Below, one piece after another: positions 28,255 to 38,700 of a DNA stretch of 64,000 nucleotides; the first letter of the stretch is position 1, and each line of letters starts with the position of its first letter. Origin of the DNA: Bacteroidota bacterium (GTDB taxonomy: Bacteria > Bacteroidota > Bacteroidia > Bacteroidales > UBA12481); contig JAZDPC010000055.1 in NCBI GenBank assembly GCA_043797975.1, forward strand, positions 11,518 to 75,517, read 5' to 3'. The notes below the pieces were generated by a model. It was not told the origin of the DNA. It did no database searches and saw nothing but the letters and a program-made list of their open reading frames with translations. The position numbers and the translations under genes are program-made.

Positions 28255-30588
28255 ATGGCAAGTTTGATTCCCGGTTTCGAATACGACATCTTCATTAGCT
28301 ACCGCCAGAAGGACAACAAAGGCGATGGTTGGGTGACTGAGTTTGTCGAGGCTTTGAAAACGGAGCTGGAAGCCACCTTCAAAGAGGATATCAGCGTTTA
28401 TTTTGATGTCAACCCGCATGACGGACTGTTAGAGACCCATGATGTGGCAGCCTCGCTTAAAGAGAAGCTGAAGGCCCTTGTTTTCATCCCGATCGTTTCC
28501 CGCACCTACTGCGATCCCAACAGCTATGCTTGGGAGCATGAGTTCGTCGCGTTTATCGAACAGGCCTCGCAAGACCGGTTCGGACTGAAGGTGAAGCTGC
28601 CCGGCGGAAATGTAGCCTCCAGGGTATTGCCTATCAGGATTCACGATCTTGAACCGGAAGACATCAAACTGGCTGAAAGCTACCTCGGGTTCATCCGGCC
28701 GGTGGATTTTATCTACCATTCCCAGGGAGTCAACCGCCCGTTGCGGCTAAGGGATGATGACCTGGCCAAGCCCAGCCAGCAGTTGGTATACCGGGATCAG
28801 ATCAACAAGGTGGCCAATGCCATTAAAGAGATCATCAACGGATTGATAATGGGGGCGGCCGCACCGGAGAAGGAAAAGATTCCGTCTGGTGAGCCATTCG
28901 ATGATGTTTCATTCGTTAAGAAAGGTGAAGAAAGTAAAGAACCAGAAAAAATGAAATCTTCCCTGTTAATCAGGCGGAAGCCTTTACTCTGGACAGCAGC
29001 GATTGGTATTTTGGTGATAATTGCTGCAATCCTGACTTATCCGAAGATATTCAACAGGAGTACGCCTGATAAACTGCAATCATCAGATGGAAAGATATCC
29101 GTTGCAGTGATGCCGTTCCGGAACATGACCAATGACACTACCTGGAACGTCTGGCAGGATGGGATTCAGAATCTCCTGATCACCTCTCTGTCGAACTCCG
29201 GTGAATTAAAAGTCAGGCAACCCGAATCAATCACAAGTTTGCTGGAAAGCAAAGGCATTACCGATTATGCCTCCATCACACCTTCGGCAGCAAGCTCAAT
29301 TTCACAGAAACTGGATGCCGATGTTTTCATCTATGGCAGTATAAACCAGGCCGGTGGCACCATACGTGTCAATACACAATTAATTGACTCAAAAACGGAG
29401 GAAATCGTTAAATCCTTACAAATGGAGGCTCCTTCCGGAGAACAGATGATATTTCACATCACCGATACACTTTCAGAAATGATTAAAAACCATATTCTGA
29501 TAACAGAATTATCCAGGGAGCAATCCTATGAAACACAGCAATCCATAACAACCAACTCCCCTCAGGCTTACAGGTATTTGATCTATGGAAAAAAATCTTT
29601 CAATAACCGGGATTATGCAACTGCAAGAAGCTGGTTTCAGCAGGCAATCGCTGCAGACTCAAACCTGACAATTGCCGCCATTTTTATTGCCATTTCATAT
29701 TCAAACCAGGGATTATATGAACCGGGAAGAAAATGGTGCCTGCGGGTTTACGAAAAAAAAGACTCAACGCCATTAGAATTAAAGCTCCTGATTTATTGGT
29801 TATATGCTGTTTATTTTGAAACACCCCACGAACAGGTTGCCTATCTGAAACAACTGCTGGAAATGGATGATTACAGGCCTCTGATCAATTATATCATTGG
29901 TGACAGTTACTCTGAATTACACCAGTATGATAAAGCAATCCCCAGTTTTGAAAAAGCGCTGGAATTACGAAATGAATGGGGCTTGAAACCGACCTGGATT
30001 TACAATTATACCGAATTGGGCAAAGCCTATCACAAGACGGGAATGTTTAATAAAGAGAAAACATTATATAAAAAAGCTGAAAAGGATTTTCCGGATGATC
30101 CGGTGCTACTGTACAATCAGGCGGTATTGTCATTAACTGAAAAAGATATGGCCCCTGCAGATCGCTATATTGAAAAGTACATGTCTGCCCGTAAGTGGAA
30201 TTCCGTCCCAGAGGCAACCATACTGACCGGGGTGGCCTCTATTTATTCTGACGCCGGAATTCCGGATAAAGCGGAAAATTATTACCGGCAGGCTTTAACC
30301 TTAGAACCTGATAATTCATTGATATTGAATAATCTGGCCTTTTTCCTGATCGACCTGGACCGGAATATTGATGAAGGGTTGGTTCTTGTGAACAAGGCGT
30401 TGGAATTAAGCCCGGATGATCACTACTGTCTGGATACCAGGGGCTGGGGACTATATAAACAAGGGAAATATCAGGAAGCACTGGCATTTCTTGAAAAAAG
30501 CTGGAAGCTGAAGCCTGTTTATGATCATGATATTTTTGTCCACCTGCAGGAAGTAAGAAAGGCACTGGCGGGTCAGAAAAAGAATTGA
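28255..30588 (+). CDS. TIR-like + TM + TolB_N-like + TPR protein
   Basis: The first ~200 aa are nearly identical to 1144-3489. It has TM LLWTAAIGILVIIAAILTY, VAVMPFRNMT and TPRs. Confidence 0.8.
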   Translation: MASLIPGFEYDIFISYRQKDNKGDGWVTEFVEALKTELEATFKEDISVYFDVNPHDGLLETHDVAASLKEKLKALVFIPIVSRTYCDPNSYAWEHEFVAFIEQASQDRFGLKVKLPGGNVASRVLPIRIHDLEPEDIKLAESYLGFIRPVDFIYHSQGVNRPLRLRDDDLAKPSQQLVYRDQINKVANAIKEIINGLIMGAAAPEKEKIPSGEPFDDVSFVKKGEESKEPEKMKSSLLIRRKPLLWTAAIGILVIIAAILTYPKIFNRSTPDKLQSSDGKISVAVMPFRNMTNDTTWNVWQDGIQNLLITSLSNSGELKVRQPESITSLLESKGITDYASITPSAASSISQKLDADVFIYGSINQAGGTIRVNTQLIDSKTEEIVKSLQMEAPSGEQMIFHITDTLSEMIKNHILITELSREQSYETQQSITTNSPQAYRYLIYGKKSFNNRDYATARSWFQQAIAADSNLTIAAIFIAISYSNQGLYEPGRKWCLRVYEKKDSTPLELKLLIYWLYAVYFETPHEQVAYLKQLLEMDDYRPLINYIIGDSYSELHQYDKAIPSFEKALELRNEWGLKPTWIYNYTELGKAYHKTGMFNKEKTLYKKAEKDFPDDPVLLYNQAVLSLTEKDMAPADRYIEKYMSARKWNSVPEATILTGVASIYSDAGIPDKAENYYRQALTLEPDNSLILNNLAFFLIDLDRNIDEGLVLVNKALELSPDDHYCLDTRGWGLYKQGKYQEALAFLEKSWKLKPVYDHDIFVHLQEVRKALAGQKKN

Positions 30589-30773
30589 TCTCCTGAACTT
30601 CCCGTTAAAACATGACCAGGACAAATTCTGAAAACCCTCAGAATTTTAAAATAGAGTTTTTATGAATAACAATTCCTTCCAGGGCTTCATAAGGCGGCAC
30701 AGGAATAAGGAGTTGTTCAAAATTTATGGCAATTATTCAAGGCCCTTTCGGCCACTACCTCCACTAGCACAAT

Positions 30774-30872
30774 TTCCGGCAAAACTTGCCAAATACTTGC
30801 CAAAACCCCAAAAACACAAAACCGATCTAATTGATTAACAGGTAGATCGGTTCTAAAAATCGAGGTCACAAG
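30774..30872. mobile_element. att-like site C ending in an 11-bp copy of the tRNA-Cys 3' end
   Basis: ttccgg...tgccaaatact-tgccaa...aaccgatctaattgattaacaggtagatcggtt-N9-gaggtcacaag. The last 11 bp match 32528-32538. Confidence 0.75.
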
Positions 30873-31005
30873 TGTTCTTAATTCACTGATTTTCATTAAC
30901 TTGAATTGATTTTGGCTGAAATGATCTACAACTTTTAAGGAAGGCTACAAAAAAAGTAAGGCTTCAAGGAAAACTTGTTTTTGCATTTTCAAAAACTGAT
31001 TCTCC

Positions 31006-31356
31006 TTATTTCCTTAAAATTTCCTCCAATGTCTTTCCTTTTGCCAATTCATCAACCAACTTATCCAAACAACGAACCTTTTGCATGAGTTTGTCTTCGA
31101 TTTCTTCCACACGATAACTGCAAATTACACCCGTGATTTTTGAAACATTGGGATTGATTTTTGGTGCTTGTGCGAAAAAAGTTTCAAAATCACTTTTGTT
31201 GTCAATGTGTTGCTGCAATGTCAGTTTATTATATCCTGTCAACCAAAAAACAATTTCATCTACTTCCGCTTTTGTGCGTCCCTTTTTCTCCGCTTTTTGA
31301 ATATACAACGGATAAACACTTGCAAACGACATTTTAAAGACTCTCATATTGTCCAT
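31006..31356 (-). CDS. DUF2200 family protein
   Basis: MSFASVYPLYIQKAEKKGRTKAEVD...WLTGY...ITGVIC...LDKLVDELAKGK. Confidence 0.9.
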   Translation of the reverse strand: MDNMRVFKMSFASVYPLYIQKAEKKGRTKAEVDEIVFWLTGYNKLTLQQHIDNKSDFETFFAQAPKINPNVSKITGVICSYRVEEIEDKLMQKVRCLDKLVDELAKGKTLEEILRK

Positions 31357-31452
31357 TTTGGTTGTTATTGATCTTCAAATTTATCTAAAAGTTGGTTGTT
31401 TCAGGCAGGGTAGCTGATTACTGCCCCAGAATACCCGGCTCGTACGGTCAAG

Positions 31453-32208
31453 TCAGCCGATTAGGGCAGCCAATCCTGGGATGACATATATCACAAGATC
31501 GGTAATAAGATGAGCCATAATGGCTGATACGAGACCGTACCTCATGAATAACCACCCCAGGATCATTCCGGTGCTGGTGCTGGACACAACGAAGGTAAAC
31601 AACAGACTCAAGCCATATTGTTGAAGCTCCAGTTGGGGGAAATGGGCAGCGGCAAATACAAGGGCGGACAGCAGGTTTCCAATCCAAAGTGACGGTGTAT
31701 GAACAGCGGGGCTCTTGACAACTGACCGAATGATCCAAACAAATATACTCATCAAACCAAACCGGAAAGCTATCTCTTCCGTCAATGCCGCGCTGAGGCA
31801 TCTGAGAAGCCGCTCGAAGGTGTTCGGATTATTCAACTCCGGAATCAACACATCCTTCGGCATCACATTCTGGCTGATGAGTCCGACTGTGCCCAGTGCT
31901 AGTCCAACCAGCGTCCCGGGCACGAGAGCCAGGCTCACTTGCTTCCAGTATCCGGGCGTTCCTGAGACAAGCTCCCTCAATCCTGATCCCAAGCCTGCTT
32001 TCTTGCCAAGCCATACTCCTACCGCCGCCGAGGCTGGTATGAAAAAGAGAAAGTCTATTGCACCCTCCCACCACCACCCCGTTTCGGGATTGTCTCTGAG
32101 AACAGCAATGGTCCAAGGCAAGCCCATCAGGACTCCAAACCAGCCGACGAAAAGCACCCATATGAAGAGTACTTTATCGGTTCTCGCACTTACCACTGCA
32201 TCGTTCAT
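31453..32208 (-). CDS. CPBP (CAAX/Abi) intramembrane glutamic endopeptidase
   Basis: EEIAFR, FAAAH and AIMAH motifs with multiple TM helices. Confidence 0.85.
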   Translation of the reverse strand: MNDAVVSARTDKVLFIWVLFVGWFGVLMGLPWTIAVLRDNPETGWWWEGAIDFLFFIPASAAVGVWLGKKAGLGSGLRELVSGTPGYWKQVSLALVPGTLVGLALGTVGLISQNVMPKDVLIPELNNPNTFERLLRCLSAALTEEIAFRFGLMSIFVWIIRSVVKSPAVHTPSLWIGNLLSALVFAAAHFPQLELQQYGLSLLFTFVVSSTSTGMILGWLFMRYGLVSAIMAHLITDLVIYVIPGLAALIG

Positions 32209-32439
32209 ATTTGAAGGATTTTGTATTTCCTACAAAGAGTTGTCGTTTTTCAGGAGTTTCCAGGTAAAATTAACCCCTATCGTGATATTTCTTGATTATT
32301 TGGTGGGAAAAACGTACTTGTTGATTAGTCCCCGCCGAATAGAATTGACCAGTCGCTGATCATCTGGTTCGGCGGAAGGTGTTGAACTTGCCCCGGCGAT
32401 GACTGATTTTTTTGTTGGCGCGTGCACCTACTCCACAGG

Positions 32440-32538
32440 TTCCGGAACGTTTTATGCCAAGTGCATGCCAAAAAAGGAAAATCTATAACCGGACTACCTG
32501 ATAATCAGGAAGTCCGGTTATAGATTTGAGGTCACAAG
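32440..32538. mobile_element. att-like site D fused to the tRNA-Cys 3' end (the hairpin may double as a terminator)
   Basis: ttccgg...tgccaagtgca-tgccaa...aatctataaccggact-acctgataatcagga-agtccggttatagatt-tgaggtcacaag. Confidence 0.75.
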
Positions 32539-32599
32539 CGGATTCGAACCGCTGTAGCCGGTTTTGCAGACCGGTGCCTAACCACTTGGCTATGTGACC
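32529..32599 (-). tRNA. tRNA-Cys (GCA)
   Basis: Reverse complement GGTCACATAGCCAAGTGGTTAGGCACCGGTCTGCAAAACCGGCTACAGCGGTTCGAATCCGCTTGTGACCT shows a 7-bp acceptor stem, a GCA anticodon, a TTCGA T-loop and a U discriminator. Confidence 0.97.
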
Positions 32600-32710
32600 A
32601 GGGACGACAAAAGTAATCGAATTCCGGCAATTAGCAAAAAAGATGCAGCGGTTTCTGAGCAGGGGATTACTGCAATATTTGCCATACCTTCGCCGGAAAT
32701 CTGAACCCGG

Positions 32711-33643
32711 ATGGCCCTGAAACCCGAATGGAAAGGATATGCCTGGATCCTGCTGGCAACCGTCACCGGATCAACCGTGTACGTCTTCAGCAAGGCCGCA
32801 CTTAACGAGGTCAGCCTCTTCCAGTTCGGATTCTGGTGGTTCTCGATGGCCATCGGATGGAACCTTCTGTTCACCCTGCGTTCACCCGAATCCCGGAAGT
32901 TCCGGGCTATCCACCGCAGCACATTCAAGGTGCTGCTGATCATGGGACTGGTGGAAATGGTCGCCACCGGCACGTTCTACACTGCAATTGAAGCCTCTGC
33001 CAATCCTTCGATACCTTCGTTCCTCCGGAACATGGAGTACATCTTCATCACCCTGATGGGCGTCATACTCCTGCACGAGCGTTTCCGGGGACCGGAGATC
33101 GCCGGAGTTGTCCTCAGCATCACCGGTGCTTTCGTGATAAGCTACCACCGGGGAGGTACCCTCAGCTCATACCTAACGGGCAGCTCGGGCCTGATGCTGC
33201 TTTGCACAACCTTTTACGCGATCCGGACCATCCTGGCCAAGAAGTTCATCCATACGATCAGCCCGACCCAGCTGGCCATCAACCGGGCAATCTTCCTATG
33301 CACCCTTGCAACCATCCTGCTGGTCATCTCGGGACAAAGCATCAGAATACCCAAAAGCGCCCTGATCAGCATCCTGATCGGCTCGTTCCTGGGCCCGTTC
33401 CTTACCTCGATCAGCCAGTACAGCGCCCTGAAATACATCGAGGCATCCAGAGCCGCCATCATCCAGAGCACCACGGCCCTGTTCACTGTTATAGGCGTAT
33501 TCCTCTATTTCGGAAAACTGCCGATGGCCTACCAGGCTGTCGGAGGGATCATTACGATTGCAGGGGTTATGCTGATTATGGCGGGCAGAAGACTCAAGGC
33601 AGAAGGCTCAGGGCTCAAGGCGAAAAAAAAGCTTTTTGCATAA
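32711..33643 (+). CDS. DMT/EamA family transporter
   Basis: About ten TM helices in two repeats, with LLHERF and YSALKYIEASRA motifs. Confidence 0.85.
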   Translation: MALKPEWKGYAWILLATVTGSTVYVFSKAALNEVSLFQFGFWWFSMAIGWNLLFTLRSPESRKFRAIHRSTFKVLLIMGLVEMVATGTFYTAIEASANPSIPSFLRNMEYIFITLMGVILLHERFRGPEIAGVVLSITGAFVISYHRGGTLSSYLTGSSGLMLLCTTFYAIRTILAKKFIHTISPTQLAINRAIFLCTLATILLVISGQSIRIPKSALISILIGSFLGPFLTSISQYSALKYIEASRAAIIQSTTALFTVIGVFLYFGKLPMAYQAVGGIITIAGVMLIMAGRRLKAEGSGLKAKKKLFA

Positions 33644-33777
33644 AATTCATTCGGAAAAAAATTTATCTTTAAACGGTTCCGATCAGTTGAACTGATGAGT
33701 TCCCTAGCATCAGAACTCAACCGGGAGGTCCGATTTGACGATTAAACCAGATCTATGTACCTAACCATTATTCAAAC

Positions 33778-35673
33778 ATGAGAAAATTTACACTTCTGCT
33801 GGCACTGGCAGGGTTGCTCCTTGCACCAGTAGTGCACTCCCAAACACCTGGAACAAAAGGAAACGGACAAGTTTTCTTTTCGGAGACCTTCGGATGGGAG
33901 AATCCGAATGATCCCAAAGGGTGGACAGCCCCTCTGGGATTTTACATGTATGATCCTGATGATAACGGCTTCAACTGGGAATGGTGGCCCAATGACAGTA
34001 TCAATGATTACCAGTGGACCCGTGAACCTCCTATGAGGTCCACAACGGCCGAAAACGGATGGATCCTCCTGTTCCTGTCAAGGTACAATCTGCCCCACGT
34101 GCTCGACACCCGGCTCCCGGTGAACAATTCAGTCGTTTTTCCGGACATGGACTGTTCTGCACACTCATCTGTCGTTGTAAGCTATGAAACCTGTTTCATG
34201 AACTATGATGACAATCCGAATTATGACATGCTCCTGGAGGTATCCGTAGACAACTGGGTTCATGCAGCTGCATTCGATGCCAGTTTCGGAGCCAACTGGA
34301 AGCAGCGGCCGCTGCTTAACGTACCCGGTGCACCGGCATACTTCCAGGCTAACATCTCCGAAGTCGCTGCAGGACAGCCAAATGTCAAGATGAGACTGAG
34401 CTGGAAACGCGGTACTTTGTACTTCTGGGAAGTCGATGACTTTAAAGTAGCTGAAGCCTGGAACAATGACATGCAGCTGAGATATGCCCAGATGGAATGG
34501 ACTGATGGAGATGATGTTTCAGTGCAGACCCCATTCTATATGATACCGAAATCACAACTGGTCGGCAATGCCTGCACGAACTTCCAGGCATCGGGTATCA
34601 ACTTCGGTGAATTGGATCAGGAAGACGCCTATTTCGAAGTGGATATCACCAAAAATAACCAAAACGTTTTCCATGCAGAAGGAACTCACAAAGACCTGTG
34701 GTCTCTTGTGATAGATACCACAACCATTACCGAGTCCTACGCTCCGACTGAATTCGGCCATTATAAGGTCACTTACAATTACAAATCAGCGGCAACCGAT
34801 GATACGCCTGAAAACAATACAAAAAAGACGTACTTCAATGTTACTGACAGCTCCTATTCCCATGCGGATGACACTGCAGAAGAGGCCTACAACTGGGGTG
34901 CTTATTTCACTGACAATTTAACACCCCTGGTAAACCAATGCTACGCAGTTAAATATCCCATTTTTACCGATTGTGAGGCTAACTCGGTTTCCATTCTTAT
35001 TGCCGGCGGATTGGCCGATGGCAGGATCGATTTCCATGCCATGATATATAAGGTGGATCCTACGGGAGTAGAACCGCCCTATGAGCTGATTACATCCGAT
35101 CAGCATGATTACGATTCGACGATGATCGGTAAATGGCTAACCTACCCCCTGAACAAAGACGGGGAAACGGAATTCCTTAAAGCAGGTGATATTTTGTACG
35201 TGGGTTTCGAATACAATAACATGCACCCGGAATATCTGATACAGCGGTACGATAATATCAAACCCGGTTCCGATAAATCCATGAAGATCCTTGATCAGGT
35301 AACCTATATCAGGGAAACGGCTGATTGGGGTGCAGTAGCAGTAAGAAACCTTCTGATACGGCTGAATATCAACGACCACAGCAATCTCATTGACGGCGTG
35401 GATCTGACACCCTCCTCGGCATGGGTCGGGCAAAACTATCCCAACCCGTTCACGGGCATCACGGTGATCGACTATGAACTTCCAAACGCAGCACAGGTGT
35501 CATTTACTGTAATGGACCTTACCGGACGGAAAGTGATGGAAGAAAACCAGGGCATGATGTCTGCCGGCAAACATAATTATACCCTCAAAACCAGCAACCT
35601 GGAAGCAGGCGTGTATTTTTATACACTGCAGGCAGGAAGCTTTACTCAAACAAAACAAATGATAATTAATTAG
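33778..35673 (+). CDS. Secreted protein with T9SS type A sorting domain
   Basis: Signal peptide, adhesin-like beta domain (FSETFG...WEVDDFKV) and GQNYPNPF...GVYFYTL...TKQMII CTD. Confidence 0.85.
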   Translation: MRKFTLLLALAGLLLAPVVHSQTPGTKGNGQVFFSETFGWENPNDPKGWTAPLGFYMYDPDDNGFNWEWWPNDSINDYQWTREPPMRSTTAENGWILLFLSRYNLPHVLDTRLPVNNSVVFPDMDCSAHSSVVVSYETCFMNYDDNPNYDMLLEVSVDNWVHAAAFDASFGANWKQRPLLNVPGAPAYFQANISEVAAGQPNVKMRLSWKRGTLYFWEVDDFKVAEAWNNDMQLRYAQMEWTDGDDVSVQTPFYMIPKSQLVGNACTNFQASGINFGELDQEDAYFEVDITKNNQNVFHAEGTHKDLWSLVIDTTTITESYAPTEFGHYKVTYNYKSAATDDTPENNTKKTYFNVTDSSYSHADDTAEEAYNWGAYFTDNLTPLVNQCYAVKYPIFTDCEANSVSILIAGGLADGRIDFHAMIYKVDPTGVEPPYELITSDQHDYDSTMIGKWLTYPLNKDGETEFLKAGDILYVGFEYNNMHPEYLIQRYDNIKPGSDKSMKILDQVTYIRETADWGAVAVRNLLIRLNINDHSNLIDGVDLTPSSAWVGQNYPNPFTGITVIDYELPNAAQVSFTVMDLTGRKVMEENQGMMSAGKHNYTLKTSNLEAGVYFYTLQAGSFTQTKQMIIN

Positions 35674-35688
35674 CCTTAGGCTATTTTG

Positions 35689-35723
35689 AAAAAAGGGCTG
35701 CCCAAAAAAGCAGCCCTTTTTTT
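35689..35723. terminator. Intrinsic (bidirectional-type) terminator
   Basis: aaaaaagggctgc-ccaaaaaa-gcagcccttttttt. Confidence 0.85.
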
Positions 35724-35747
35724 AACTTGGCCTTAAATATTGTCCTT

Positions 35748-38700
35748 ATGAATGCCTTTCGCCTTTCGCCTTTCGCCTTTCTTCTTTTGCTATTTTCCGC
35801 TTGCTCCCACAACCTGACAGACCCTTTCGAACAAGCCTTTCTCAATCCGCCCGACTCTGCCCGTCCGGGGGTCTACTGGTATTTCATGGACGGGAATATG
35901 CAGAAGGAAGCCATCACGGGTGACCTGGAGTCGATGAAACAAGCCGGGATCGGCTATGTGCTGTTCCTTGAGGTCAATGTCGGTGTTCCGCGCGGCAAGG
36001 TGGACATGCTCAGTGAAGAATGGCAGGAGCTGTTTAAGCATGCGGTTAAAGAGTGCGAACGGCTGGGTATCCGCCTGATCATGGGATCGGGTCCGGGATG
36101 GGCCGGAAGCGGCGGTCCGTGGGTGAAACCCGAACAGTCGATGATGCACCTGATGAGCAGTTCGGTTGAGGTGAGGGGTCCATCGGTATATAATAAGATA
36201 TTAGCCGTTCCCGCCCCGAAAACGCCCATTTTCGGCGATCAGAGTGTCCCCGAAAATCTGAAAGTGATCCGTGATGCATGGTATAAGGATGTGGCGGTCC
36301 TGGCATTTCCCACCCCAAAGGTCAGGAAGGAGATCAGCCTGATCGATGAAAAAGCCCTCTTCTACCGGCAGCCCTATACCTCCGTCGAAGGAGTGCTTCC
36401 ATACCTGCCAACATCGGCTACCTGCGAGGAAACACCCGGAGCCTCAATAGATCAGGATAAAATAATTGATATCACCGATAAAATGAATCCCGATGGCACC
36501 CTTAATTGGGAGGCACCCCCGGGCAAATGGACCATCATCCGGTTCGGAACCCGCAATAACGGCGCGGTCACCCGGCCTGCGCCGGTTCCTGGACTCGGAT
36601 TCGAGGCCGACAAGTTCGATACAGCCGCATTTGATGCTCATTACGATGCCTATATCGGGAAGCTGATCCGAAAGTCGGATCCGCAGAAGTCAGCAACCGG
36701 CGGGGGATGGACGATGATCCACATCGACAGCTGGGAGATGGGCGCACAGAACTGGACACCCCGCTTCCGCGAAGAGTTTCAGAAACGGCGCGGGTACGAT
36801 CCCCTCCCCTTCCTGCCAACCTATACCGGCCGTATCGTGGGGAGCGAGGAGCTGTCTGAACGGTTCCTGTGGGACGTGCGCCAGACCGGCAACGAGCTGA
36901 TCGTCGAAAATCATGCCGAACGATTCAGGGAGCTCGGACGAAGGAGCGGCTTTCGCCTGTCCATCGAGCCTTATGATATGAACCCGTCTGCCGACCTTGA
37001 TCTGGGAAGCGTTGCCGATGTGCCGATGTGCGAGTTCTGGACCGACGGGCACGGATTCAATTCCGCGTTCAGTTGTTTCGAGTCCACCTCCATAGCCCAT
37101 ATCCAGGGTCAGCCTGTGGTTGCGGCCGAAGGATTCACTGCCTGGGGTGACGAGGCGTGGAAAAAATATCCTGGCAATATGAAAAACCAGAGCGACTGGG
37201 CCTTTTGCGTGGGTATCAACCGGGTAGTTTATCACACCTTTGCCCATAAACCCTACGGTGACTCGCTCAGGCCGGGCGTTTCCATGGGACCCTATGGGGT
37301 CCACTGGGACCGCGGACAGACCTGGTGGCCGATGGTTCCCGCATACCATACCTATATGACGCGCTGTCAGTATGTATTATCGCAGGGCACCTATGTTGCC
37401 GACATCCTCTACCTCACACCGGAAGGCGCGCCTCAGGTGTTCGTCCCGCCGTTGTCGGCAACGGAGGGAACTGAAGTGATGCCCGACAGGCGCGGCTTCT
37501 CATTTGACGGCTGCTCGCCGAAAATGCTTATCCGGAATGCCGGCGTCCGGGACGGCCGTATCGTGTTCCCTGGCGGTACCTCCTATTCCATATTGGTACT
37601 TCCCGACATCGAAACCATGACCCCCGAACTACTCACCAAGATCGGCGAACTGGCCGGGGAAGGAGCACGGATCATCGGAAATCCGCCGAAGAAATCACCG
37701 TCTCTCGTTGGCTACCCTCAATGTGATTCCATCGTGAAGTCATTGGCACAAAATCTGTGGACTGGGCATGCGGGCATACGGACATACGGGCTTGAGGAAG
37801 GAAAAAAAGAAATATATCCTACCTATGAGTATGTTGCTGATATTCTTAGGGAATCGGGATTAATAGAAGATTTTACCGCATCGGGATCGATCCGGTATAT
37901 ACACCGGTCGCTGCCGGACCGGGAGATCTATTTTATCTCGAACCGGACGGATCAGAAAGTGAAGGATACCTGTGTTTTCCGCGACGGGACTATGAATGCT
38001 GAGCTTTGGGATGCGGTGACAGGCGAGATCAGGACGCTTGACGAAGTAGCCCCAGTTGAAGGCGGAGTTTCGCTGCCTGTGAAGTTGGAGCCGTATCAGA
38101 GTTACTTTGTTGTCTTCGACGTGGTAAAGGCGAAAGGCGAAAGAAGAAAGGCGAAAGAGACTTCCACACCCACACTTCACACCCAAACCCACACCTCGCT
38201 CGAGGGTCCTTGGAAAGTTTGCTTTGATACCGCGTGGGGCGGGCCTGAGATGATTGTTTTCGATACCCTTAGCGACTGGACGACAAGGCCCGAGCCGGGT
38301 ATCAGGTTCTACTCGGGGATTGCCCGGTATCTGATCACCTTCGATTATCCTGGCAGCCATGCAGACCTGAGGAATTCAGAGTTTTATCTCGATCTGGGAA
38401 CGGTAAAGAATCTGGCACGGGTTACTATGAACGGCAAGGAGCTTGGAACTGTCTGGACAGCTCCCTGGAGAGTGAATATCACCGGTGCATTGAAGAAAAA
38501 GGATAACCATCTGGAGATTGAGGTGGCCAATCTGTGGATCAACCGCCTGATCGGGGATGAAGCACAACCCTGGGACGGGATCGAAAAGGGCCGGTGGCCC
38601 GGCTGGCTCCTGAACGGTACGCCCCGTCCGACCGGACGGTACACGTTCACTTCCTATCGCTATTATAAGGCGGGGGACCCCTTGTCATCATCAGGACTCA

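Noticed and set aside
33692..33723. CUGAUGA followed by a stem, resembling a hammerhead ribozyme core
   Set aside because: The required GAAA after stem II is missing (it reads UCAA) and no cleavage-site stem fits.
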